DNA of 64,000 nt from a bacterium (GTDB lineage Bacteria > Bacillota > SLNR01 > JBMNPB01): assembly GCA_050943375.1 (NCBI GenBank), contig JBMNPB010000007.1:24163-88162 (forward strand), read 5' to 3'. The notes under the pieces were generated by a model. The model worked only from the letters and a program-made list of their open reading frames with translations, searched no databases and was not told the origin of the DNA. Positions 28,750-37,645 of the stretch are shown piece after piece; within the stretch, counting starts at the first letter, position 1, and each line of letters starts with the position of its first letter. A program made the translations under genes and the position numbers.

Positions 28750-30405
28750 TTACGCGCCGCGCCGGCCCGGCCGCCGCTGCCGCAGCAGCGCCAGCAGCCA
28801 CGCCAATTCCTCCACCCGCAGCAGGAGCAAGGCGAGAAAATAAGTGAACCCGCCGGCAGCGATAAGCAAGACTGTCCCGGCCAGCGGCCCGGCCGCCAGG
28901 AGCCGGGCAACCGGCGGCGTCAGCGCCAGTCCGCTCACAGCGCCGCCCATCAGCAGGGAAGCAAGACCGATTTTCCCCAGGGAATAGAGCAAACCCCGGC
29001 TGTCCAACTGCGGCAGCAGCCGTTTCAGATTATAATAGAGGAGGCCGGTCGCCGTCAGAACCCCGAGGGAATTGGCCAGAGCCAGGCCGCCGTGCTGCAG
29101 CGGCCGGACCAGAATGACGGCGGCGACGGCCGTCATTCCCGTCGTTGCAAAACTCAATTTGAGCGGAGTCATCGTATCGTGCAGGGCAAAGAAAGCCCGG
29201 GTCAGCACAAGATTGCCGGCGTGACCGGCAAGGCCCAAAGAGTAATAAAGCAAAGCCGCGGCCGTCGCCTGCGTCGCGGCGGCGTCAAAAGCACCCTGTT
29301 CGAAGACGAGGCGGACGATCGGTACCCGCAGGACGATTAGTCCCACCATCGCCGGCAGGATGATGAGAGCGACAGTCCGGACGCCGTGGAGAAGCGTCCC
29401 GGCCATCTCCTCCTTGGCATCCCGCGCCGCCTGCTCCGATAATGTCGGGAAAATAGCGGTGGTGACGGCGGTGGCAAAGACGCCGTAAGGCAGCTGCATC
29501 AGTTTATTGGCGAAATTCAGGGAAGCGATGCTGCCGGCCGCGAGGCCGGAAGCCAGCATCCTCTCCACCAGCGTATACGCCTGCATCACCAGCGTCCGCC
29601 CGACGACGGGCAGACTGAGCCGGCCGACCTCGCGCACCTGCGGGTCCGCCGCCTTTAATGCGAAGGGAATCCCGCGCTGCCGCATCAGCCGCAAGAGCTG
29701 CGGCAGCTGGATGGCCGCCTGCAGCCCCATCCCCAGCAGAGTGCCAAAGGCGAGGCTCACCCCGCCGTAACGGCTGCCGCCGAGGGCGACGACCGCGATA
29801 ATCGCCGCATTCATCGCCAGGGGCGCCAGCGCCGGGACGGTGAAATGCTGCAGCGATTGGAGGGTTACGGTAAAGACAGCCCCCAGGCTCATAAAGAAAA
29901 TTACCGGGAAGATAATCCGGCTGAGATAAACAGCCGCCGCCGCCGCGTCCGGCGTAAAATTAGGCGCCACCAGACGGACAAGCGCCGGGGCGAGAATTAT
30001 TCCGGTAAGGCTCAGCCCGGCGAGAAGAACAGCCGTGATTGCCGTCAGTGAGCCGGCGACACGTCCCGCCTCCTTCTCCCGCCGCCGGGCGAGCAGCGAG
30101 GCGAAGACGGGCAGATAACCGGCCGTGACCGCTTCGGTTGCCAGGAGAATGATGATATTGGGAATGGTCAGGGCGACAAGGTACGCGTCGGTGACCATCC
30201 CGGCGCCGAAATTGACCGCGATGACTCTCTCCCGGACGACTCCGAGCAATTTGCTGATAATGGAGGCGGCGACGATGATGCCGGCCGCCCGGGTAATTCT
30301 GCCTTGTGCCAATATCTCCACGCTCCGTTCGCAAGCCTGCCTTTTGTTCCGCCCGGACAAGAGAAATGAGGCGGCGGCAAATGAATGTCCGATCCCTGTC
30401 TTCAC
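28750..30405 (-). CDS. MurJ/MviN-family flippase (lipid II or wall-polysaccharide flippase, CsaA-like context)
   Basis: The 551-aa ORF has about 14 TM segments and a MurJ N-terminal signature (IISKLLGVVRERVIAVNFGAGMVTDAY). Confidence 0.75.
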   Translation of the reverse strand: MKTGIGHSFAAASFLLSGRNKRQACERSVEILAQGRITRAAGIIVAASIISKLLGVVRERVIAVNFGAGMVTDAYLVALTIPNIIILLATEAVTAGYLPVFASLLARRREKEAGRVAGSLTAITAVLLAGLSLTGIILAPALVRLVAPNFTPDAAAAAVYLSRIIFPVIFFMSLGAVFTVTLQSLQHFTVPALAPLAMNAAIIAVVALGGSRYGGVSLAFGTLLGMGLQAAIQLPQLLRLMRQRGIPFALKAADPQVREVGRLSLPVVGRTLVMQAYTLVERMLASGLAAGSIASLNFANKLMQLPYGVFATAVTTAIFPTLSEQAARDAKEEMAGTLLHGVRTVALIILPAMVGLIVLRVPIVRLVFEQGAFDAAATQATAAALLYYSLGLAGHAGNLVLTRAFFALHDTMTPLKLSFATTGMTAVAAVILVRPLQHGGLALANSLGVLTATGLLYYNLKRLLPQLDSRGLLYSLGKIGLASLLMGGAVSGLALTPPVARLLAAGPLAGTVLLIAAGGFTYFLALLLLRVEELAWLLALLRQRRPGRRGA

Positions 30406-30419
30406 CCGGTGCGCCCCGC

Positions 30420-31562
30420 CTAAGAACGCTCTGCCTGGCCGATAACGTCCCGGTACAGCTCTTCCAGCGCCGCGGCCTGCCCGGCGGCGTCAAACCGCTC
30501 CCGCACCGCCGTTCTCGCCCGAGTCCCGAGGGACCGGGCCAATTCCGCGTCCGCCAAAACCGTGAGCACTTTGGCGGCGATGGCCGCCGGGTCGCGGGCC
30601 GGGACGAGCAGCCCGTTTTCACCATCCGTCACCACTTCCGGAATTCCGCCTACCGCCGTGCAAACGACCGGACGGCCGGCGGCCATCGCTTCCAGAAGAA
30701 CAAGAGGCAATCCTTCCGAAACAGAGGAAATTACGAAGACGTCAAGCCCGGCCAGAAGCAGCGGAACATCCCGCCGGAAACCGGCGAAGACGACCCGCCC
30801 GGTAATGCCGAGGGCCCGGGCCTGCTCGCGCAGGGCTTCCTCCCCCGGACCGTCACCGGTGACGAGGAATTTCACGTCCGCCCGGACGGCGCCAATCCGG
30901 GCAGCCGCCGTCAGAAAATCGTCGTATGCTTTCACCGGCACCAGACGGCCCACAACGCCGACGAGACGCTCCGCCGGCGTGATTCCAAGGCTTAGCCGGA
31001 CCGCGGCGACGGCCGCAGAGTCAGGCGATCGGCCCACGCCGGTATCGATGCCGTTACGGATGACAGCGATCTTACGCGACGGGGTGCCTCCTTGCGTCAG
31101 CTTCTGTCGCAAAGCGTCGGAGACGGCGATGAACCGGTCCGTCAGCGGCGCCGTTATTTTCTCCGCCAGCCCGGAGAGCGCATTTTGCCATCCCGTCTGA
31201 TAATCGAGACTCACCAGACTGTGCACGGTAGTCAGCACGTGGGGAACCCGGGCATGGCGGGCGGCCAGCCGCCCGCAAAAATTGGCCCTGACGCCGTGGG
31301 TGTGGACGATATCGACCTTTTCCCGCCGCATCGCCGCGGCCAGACGGAAGATTACGGATAAGTCCCACGCGCCGGCCATCGGATAGATATCAACCGCAAG
31401 GCCTCTTTCCCCGGCTTCCGCGGCAAGCGGCCCGCCGTTCAGGCAGATGAGTTTGACGCGGCACCGCTCTGAATTAAGCCGGGGCAGCAGCGTCAGGAGA
31501 TGGGTCTTCGCCCCGCCGCGGTCGCCGCCGGTAGTGATATGCCAGATCAATGTCTCCCGCAA
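30420..31562 (-). CDS. glycosyltransferase family 4 (GT-B)
   Basis: The 380-aa ORF has the E-x7-E-type C-terminal motif (SSVSEGLPLVLLEAMAAGRPVVCTAVGGIPE). Confidence 0.8.
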   Translation of the reverse strand: MRETLIWHITTGGDRGGAKTHLLTLLPRLNSERCRVKLICLNGGPLAAEAGERGLAVDIYPMAGAWDLSVIFRLAAAMRREKVDIVHTHGVRANFCGRLAARHARVPHVLTTVHSLVSLDYQTGWQNALSGLAEKITAPLTDRFIAVSDALRQKLTQGGTPSRKIAVIRNGIDTGVGRSPDSAAVAAVRLSLGITPAERLVGVVGRLVPVKAYDDFLTAAARIGAVRADVKFLVTGDGPGEEALREQARALGITGRVVFAGFRRDVPLLLAGLDVFVISSVSEGLPLVLLEAMAAGRPVVCTAVGGIPEVVTDGENGLLVPARDPAAIAAKVLTVLADAELARSLGTRARTAVRERFDAAGQAAALEELYRDVIGQAERS

Positions 31563-32825
31563 CTACTGCCCCTCCCGCTCCAGGCGGTCGATGCGCCCGA
31601 CCGCCGCCTGCACTCCCGCCAGAAACCACCAATAAGCGCCGACAATCAGGACTTCCCAGATGCTGGCCGTTAAATTCTGCACGCTGACGGCCACCAGCCC
31701 GGCTGTAATCCCGGTCAGCAATGAGCGATAATAATCATTCCGCACTTCCCGCCGCCCGATCCAGCCGGTCCGGACAGCCTCTCCCGTCAGCCAGAGAAAA
31801 GCCGCGAGGCCAGGCAAACCCATTTCCGCCCCCAGCTTCAGATAATGATTGTCCACCCAGATGGCGCCCGGCAGATTGTGCCGCATCGCCACCGTATCGC
31901 CAAATGTCCCGAGGCCGACTCCGAACAGAGGATGGCGCCTGATTTTCTCCAGAGCCGTCAGCCAAAACCGGAGACGGCCCCACGTGTAGCTCATCCGGAG
32001 ATACTCCGGGCTGAAAATGAAGAGCATCCGGCTGACGACGGCCGGCATCAGCACCGGCAGCAGCAGCAGTCCGACGCCGAGCGCGAGCAGGATGCGGCGG
32101 TCCTTCCAGACCGCCAGAAGGACGAGGGAGGCGAGAAAACCGACCCAGGCGCCCCGGGAAAACGTGAACAGAAGACAGAAAAACATGATGGCCGCCGCGC
32201 CGCCGCAGAGAAGACGCGGCAGTCTTTCCTTCGCGTCGAGGGCGAAGGTCAGCGCCAGCGGCAGGAAGAGGACGAGATACCCGCCGAGAGCGTTCGGATT
32301 GCCAATGGTGGAAAAGACCCGCGTCTTGATCAGCGTCTCAAACTCGCTGACTACCCAGCGTTTCGGCGTTTCCACACCGACCGCGTATTGAAATACTCCA
32401 TACGCGGCGACGATAGTGACGGCGACCAGCATAACAGTCACCAACTGCCGCAGCTGCCGGCCGTCCCGGATGCAGTTGGCGGCGACCAGATAGAAAATCG
32501 CCGCCTGCAGCAGGACGCGCATAGCCTCAAAGCCGATGGCAGGCGGCACCCGGTTGACCGCCAGCGATAGGAGGGCCGTAACCGCTACCGCTGCCAGCGC
32601 CCGGTTCACCCGCGGCGCCGCCAGGGAGAGACGGCGCTGCGCCGCCGCCCGCACCAGCCAGGCGCCGAGCAGGATAATCAGCAGGATCTCGTCCCAGCCA
32701 GCGGCCAGCGCCGGCGGCAGTCCGAGACGCCGGATCACAAAATCAGCCAGGGAAAAGGCGGCGGTAATCAACAGTCCGGTTTCGAGGATATTATCAGCAT
32801 AATTTCCAATATTCTTCGCCGTCAT
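31563..32825 (-). CDS. O-antigen ligase/polymerase-like membrane protein (Wzy/WaaL family)
   Basis: The start was moved to MTAKNIGNY at 32825, which has the RBS AAGGAG. The protein has about 10-12 TM segments and a central loop (FTFSRGAWVGFLASL) typical of the O-antigen ligase domain. Confidence 0.65.
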   Translation of the reverse strand: MTAKNIGNYADNILETGLLITAAFSLADFVIRRLGLPPALAAGWDEILLIILLGAWLVRAAAQRRLSLAAPRVNRALAAVAVTALLSLAVNRVPPAIGFEAMRVLLQAAIFYLVAANCIRDGRQLRQLVTVMLVAVTIVAAYGVFQYAVGVETPKRWVVSEFETLIKTRVFSTIGNPNALGGYLVLFLPLALTFALDAKERLPRLLCGGAAAIMFFCLLFTFSRGAWVGFLASLVLLAVWKDRRILLALGVGLLLLPVLMPAVVSRMLFIFSPEYLRMSYTWGRLRFWLTALEKIRRHPLFGVGLGTFGDTVAMRHNLPGAIWVDNHYLKLGAEMGLPGLAAFLWLTGEAVRTGWIGRREVRNDYYRSLLTGITAGLVAVSVQNLTASIWEVLIVGAYWWFLAGVQAAVGRIDRLEREGQ

Positions 32826-32948
32826 TATTTTCGCTCCTTGCCTTGCAATATGAAATGCCGCGGCACTGAACTTTGCAACGCCGCACCGGACACAAATCTG
32901 CGTTTTCCCGGCGGAAGCCTTTGGCATCCGCTGCCGATCACCGCCCGG

Positions 32949-34955
32949 CTAATGCCGCTTCCTTCCGGCCCGGCCGCGCTCATACCCGGCGACGAGCCAA
33001 TTCCAGAGCAGAATCGCCGCCACGCCGACGAGGGCACCCAGCCATAGTCCGTTCAGCGTCCGGATGGCGGACAGCAGCAGCGGCGTCTTAATATGGACGA
33101 AGGTGTTCAGAATGGACAATTGCCCGACGGTGCCGAGCAGGAAAAGCGGCAGCAGCCAGCGCCGGTGCCCGCGGACAGCCAGGGCAACCGCGAGAAGCAA
33201 GGCCGGATGGCCGAACAGGAATTCCTTCGTGCGCGGCCGGGCGATAAGAAGATTGTCCAGGAGAGTACGGAACTCCCACTCCCACTGCGATATCGCCGCC
33301 ACATTGCCGGAACGGACGATATAGATAGCGCCCACGGCGGCAACAGCCGCGGCGGCCAGAAGTCCCCGCACGGTAACCCGGCTGTAATAGAAGTCCCGCA
33401 GTTCTGCGCCGATATTCCCTTTCCTCTCCCGGGCGAAAACGCTGAACCAAAGGTATCCGACCGCGACGATCGCCAGCGGGAGCACATACAGGACTTTGAC
33501 GCCCCGAAAGAATTCCAGCTCCAGAATATAACGGATGTCGCCCAGCATCCCTGCCGCCAGAATTGCCCCGGTTAACGCGGTGGCGACAGCGCCGAGCCAA
33601 AGGCGCAAGGCGAAGATGACCTGCGCCCGGACCGAATTGGTCCGGCCGGCCGTCAGCCACGGATTCTGCAGCACGCCCGTCACGGCGAGGGCGGCGAAGA
33701 TGACGGCGCCGGCAACGGCGGCAATTGTCCGGAACAGATCCAGATACCCGAGACGCCGGGCGGCGAAACAAGCGAAGACGGCAAGGGCAAGGATGCCTAA
33801 TGTGAAGCGCAGGCTGCCCCGATAAACCGGACGGAGAAGAAGCACCCCGCCGGCGGCGATGCCGAGGGTAAGCAACAGCAGATAAGTCAGCGGCACGAAA
33901 TACGGCGCGAACGGAACGGCCGGCCCGACCGCGTACCCGGCCGTCTCCAGGCGGGCCGCGAGGTCGCGGACATAGTTGAGATTGCGCCAGACCTCTTCCT
34001 CTTCGCTCGTCGGCAGATAAAACGGCCGCAGGTAAAGAACGCGGACGTTCGATTCCTTCACGGCGCTGAGCCAGCGCTCGATCATATCCACCTCGCGGAT
34101 ATTGTTAGTCTCTTTGCGGGATACCATGTACACCCGCGCCGCCCGGTAATCAAGACGCCGGAGCAGCTGCTCGCTGCCGGCGAGACCGACGTAGCCCCGC
34201 AGCGTCCCCGGCGCCTGCACCATGGCGAAGACGGCGCCCCGGGACTCCATGGCGGCGGCTGTCGTCTCCAGGTGCTGCGGATAGCCGAGGACTTCCCGTC
34301 CGTCAAAGAGGACCGCCCGGACGGCACCGGCTCCGTCGACAATATCAAACATGGCCGTAATTTCCTCCGGCGTAATCAGGTCGTAGTCGGCAAAGACCGG
34401 CACGACTCCGAGTCCGGACGCCCGAATGGCCGCAATATCAGCTGCGGCGAAGCCCAGGCGGAATTCCAGCACCCCTTCCCGGGCGGCGGCAAGTTCGAGA
34501 ATATTCCCGGCCGGCTCCGCCACCCGGTCCGGTCCCAGCCGTTTTGTAAACTCGGTGCGCAGCCAGGCATGAGTTTCTGCTGTGTCGGTCAGGATATAAG
34601 TATTTCCCGACCGGATCGTCTCCGGCGCAAGGCCTCCCGCGGCCGCACCGCCCAGGCGCAGCGCGTCGGCAATCTCTGTCCCGGTCAGAACGGTAGCCTG
34701 CCCGGCGTCAACCAGCTCCTGCAATGTCCGCTCCCGCAAGGCGACGGACTGAAGCCCGTTCTCCTTCAGCTTGGTCAGGAAATAATTCAGATTGTAGCGT
34801 CGCTCGGCCGCCCGGTCCCGGATGTCGGCGTAATCCATGACCAGCTGGACGGTATTCGCCGCCGACTCCACGCCCACCCGGCCGGCGGACACCAGGAGAC
34901 CGGCGAAGAGCGAGATGAGCAGGATCAAACTGAGCAGTTTGCTGTTTCTGTCCAT
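32949..34955 (-). CDS. large membrane protein of unknown function (N-terminal extracytoplasmic domain plus C-terminal polytopic domain)
   Basis: The 668-aa ORF has an N-terminal signal/anchor, a soluble domain of about 330 aa, then about 8 TM helices. It is the last gene of the csaB-containing envelope cluster. Confidence 0.55.
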   Translation of the reverse strand: MDRNSKLLSLILLISLFAGLLVSAGRVGVESAANTVQLVMDYADIRDRAAERRYNLNYFLTKLKENGLQSVALRERTLQELVDAGQATVLTGTEIADALRLGGAAAGGLAPETIRSGNTYILTDTAETHAWLRTEFTKRLGPDRVAEPAGNILELAAAREGVLEFRLGFAAADIAAIRASGLGVVPVFADYDLITPEEITAMFDIVDGAGAVRAVLFDGREVLGYPQHLETTAAAMESRGAVFAMVQAPGTLRGYVGLAGSEQLLRRLDYRAARVYMVSRKETNNIREVDMIERWLSAVKESNVRVLYLRPFYLPTSEEEEVWRNLNYVRDLAARLETAGYAVGPAVPFAPYFVPLTYLLLLTLGIAAGGVLLLRPVYRGSLRFTLGILALAVFACFAARRLGYLDLFRTIAAVAGAVIFAALAVTGVLQNPWLTAGRTNSVRAQVIFALRLWLGAVATALTGAILAAGMLGDIRYILELEFFRGVKVLYVLPLAIVAVGYLWFSVFARERKGNIGAELRDFYYSRVTVRGLLAAAAVAAVGAIYIVRSGNVAAISQWEWEFRTLLDNLLIARPRTKEFLFGHPALLLAVALAVRGHRRWLLPLFLLGTVGQLSILNTFVHIKTPLLLSAIRTLNGLWLGALVGVAAILLWNWLVAGYERGRAGRKRH

Positions 34956-35724
34956 CGTCGTACCTCCGGTTTATGAAGGATAATGTCCGGGCGGCGACCG
35001 CCCGGAAACACTGACCACAAGCGATATCTTGCTGCCGCGGCGCGGAATTATCGGCGACACGGGTTAGAATATTCCGCACCGCAGTGCGGATAAGGTGCGC
35101 GGCAGGATTGCCGCCACAGCGTGTTCTCCGGGACAGGGCGGCTTTGGTGATAATACCATGCTGATTTTGATTCATCTGCCCGGATTCTCCCCGGCAGGAC
35201 AATAACCCGCCGCCGCCAAAGCGCATTTCCCTTTGGTTTACCGCCGTTACCTCTGCGGGAGGGAACGACGGAAGCGTCGTTCCCTCCGAAAACAAACGCC
35301 GGGTTACTCAGGGTAGCTTTCATGATAAGCAAATTATTCCCTGCTATGATTGGGCGTAAGCAGAACAAGTCCGTCTCAGTATCTTCACCCGATTCGTTGT
35401 TCCCGCGCCAACATGGCCTGATCCGGATGACGCGGAAGCAGCAGCTTCCCCTACACGTCACCTGATTTCCCGCCTGAGTGTATGTTGCATGTATTGACTA
35501 ATTAACATCCCGGCCGGGAGCAATCATAGTCCTCTCATTTTAGCTGCTTTCTCCGGGGGAAATTGCCCATTTCCCCCTCCGGTTTCGATAACAGTTTGCC
35601 TCCCGCCGCACATATCTATCCATAAAATGGCACCCAACGGCGGAGACTTTCCTGCGCCGCAAATAATTGAAGCAACGGCAGCTCTGCGGGCAACACTCTC
35701 GGTATGTTAATAGCTTTCCCAAAC

Positions 35725-36468
35725 TTAGTCGGTCCGGCCCGGCCAATATTTGCTGGACAGGAAGCCGGCGAATTCCCCCGTCAGGCGGGCGTCAAACTGC
35801 GTCCCGGCGCCTTTTTCCAGTTCCCGCAGAGCGGCCTGGACCGAAATGTCGCTTCGGTACGGCCGCCCGGTCGTCATGGCGTCAAAGGCGTTCGCGATGG
35901 CGAGAATCCGGCCGCCCGCCGTGATCGCCTCCCCCGTCAGACCGGCCGGGTATCCGGCACCGTCGCTTCGTTCATGGTGATGCAGGACCGGCAGCTTAAT
36001 ATCGCCGCAGAAGTCAAGGATATCGAGGATGCGGTAACTCAGGAGAGGGTGCAGCGTAACTATCTTTTGTTCCAGAACGGTCAGAGCTTCCGCTTTTTGG
36101 CGCGTCTCACGGCCAACCGCCAGCATGCCGAGGTCATGCAGGGCCGCGGCGCATTCCATAAATTCCTTCTCCTTCGCCGTCATCCCCAGATAATCGGCGA
36201 AACGGGCGGTGATTTTCTGGACGCGCAGACTGTGCTTGTAAATATCCACATCGCCGGGAATCATGATGTTCAGCAAAGCGAAGACGATGCTCCGGCTGTC
36301 GATCAGCGAACCGGCCACATCCAGATGCGGCATGACGAGAAGAACGGCGTCGGCCAGTTCGTCCAGGGTTCCCCCGTCGAGTCCGGCGGCGACTTCCTCG
36401 CTGTCGATGGCGGCAAAGGCGATATCGGCGATTTTGGTATCTTTGATTTTCACCAGGTAATCAGACAT
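35725..36468 (-). CDS. stand-alone HD-GYP domain phosphohydrolase (putative c-di-GMP phosphodiesterase)
   Basis: The start was moved to MSDYLVKIKD at 36468. The HD motif (AAALHDLGM) and the HD-GYP signature (HHERSDGAGYPAGL) are both present. The 247-aa product has no sensor domain. Confidence 0.75.
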   Translation of the reverse strand: MSDYLVKIKDTKIADIAFAAIDSEEVAAGLDGGTLDELADAVLLVMPHLDVAGSLIDSRSIVFALLNIMIPGDVDIYKHSLRVQKITARFADYLGMTAKEKEFMECAAALHDLGMLAVGRETRQKAEALTVLEQKIVTLHPLLSYRILDILDFCGDIKLPVLHHHERSDGAGYPAGLTGEAITAGGRILAIANAFDAMTTGRPYRSDISVQAALRELEKGAGTQFDARLTGEFAGFLSSKYWPGRTD

Positions 36469-36589
36469 TGTCCTCACTCCCCCGGCCGCATTTTCGCTAA
36501 TAGGTAATAATTCTCGACAATTGCGATTATTCCTCCGCCGCGCCGAAAGTCGATCAATCGGCAACAAAGCAGCCGAAGAATTCAGGCGA

Positions 36590-37640
36590 CGTAACGTAGG
36601 GAACGACGTCCCTGTCGTTCCGGGCGGCAGCGCCGGTGTAAGCGCGTCCGGTCGAATAATGGAACAGCACCGGAAGGGAATTGAAACGGTGCCAGAGACT
36701 GCCGCGTCGCCGCAAAACGCAGCTCCTCGCAGTGACAATGGCTTTGCGATGCATGAAACAAAGGAGCGAATCCCGCGCCCGGTCAGGTCGCCGCCCGGTA
36801 CATCCCCAAAAGCAACGAAAATGCAGGCACAACGTAGGGAGCGACGCCCCGTCGTTCCGGGCAGTAGTACCGGTGAGGGGAAAACCGGCAAAGCGGTGGG
36901 GGTACTTATTAGGCGGGAGAGATTGCCGCGTCGCCGGAAGAGCGCCGGCTCCTCGCAATGACAAAAGTAAGGCTACGCGGGCTTTGGAAACCGGCGGCCG
37001 GGGCCCCGCGAGTTCCTGCGCCGCCACCTTTCCCTTGATAAGGGAGAGGGTACTGGCTCTCAGATATTGCCGGCTATTTGTTAAATTGCCCCTTTTTAAC
37101 AAGGGAGGTGTCCGGGGAACCCTTGCTTTCGGACATTGCCGCCTCATTTTTACGTTGTCCCCCTTGTCAAAGGGGGATGTCGCCGAATGGCGACAGGGGG
37201 ATTTGTTGGATTGGATGCTCCAAGGATTAGGCAGAGTGGTCGATTGCTGCCTATGGGGGATACAGGGACGGTGTTTCGGCAGGACAGCGGGCCGGGCGGG
37301 CATGGAAACCCGCCCCTACCGAGGAAAACGCGGAACGGTGGGGTCACCGTTCCTTACAACCGGGCGGGACAGCAGGTCGGCTGGGCGTTCGCCCGCTTCT
37401 CCGCCCAAACCGTGACGTAGGGAACCCCGTCGTTCCGGGCGGCAGTACCGGTGAGGGAAAAACCGGCAAAGCGGTGGTGGCACTTACTAGGCGGGAGAGA
37501 TTGCCGCGTCGCCGGAAGAGCGCCGGCTCCCCGCAATGACAAAAGTAAGGCTACGCGGGCTTTGGAAACCGGCGGCCGGGGCCCCGCGAGTTCCCGCGCC
37601 GCCCCATTGAAGAGGCCCGGGGCCTGCGCCCCGGGCTTGC
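36590..37640. repeat. non-coding island with at least four copies of repeat family A (GAGATTGCCGCGTCGCCGG..CCGGCTCCTCGCAATGACA..GGCTACGCGGG) plus a family B element (CCCCCTTGTCAAAGGGGG...TGTCGCCGAATGGCGACA)
   Basis: Family A cores lie at about 36695-36745, 36921-36965 and 37499-37545. Near-identical 150-bp units occur at 36825-36975 and 37419-37570. Family B lies at 37155-37205. Only repeat-derived ORFs are present. Confidence 0.8.
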
Positions 37641-37645
37641 CGGTA

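Noticed and set aside
35552-35581. Perfect 9-bp hairpin (gggggaaat-tgccc-atttccccc) as the terminator of the HD-GYP gene
   Set aside because: There is no U-tract on either strand. It lies 150 nt from the stop codon. It could be a processing or stability element but is not supported as an intrinsic terminator.
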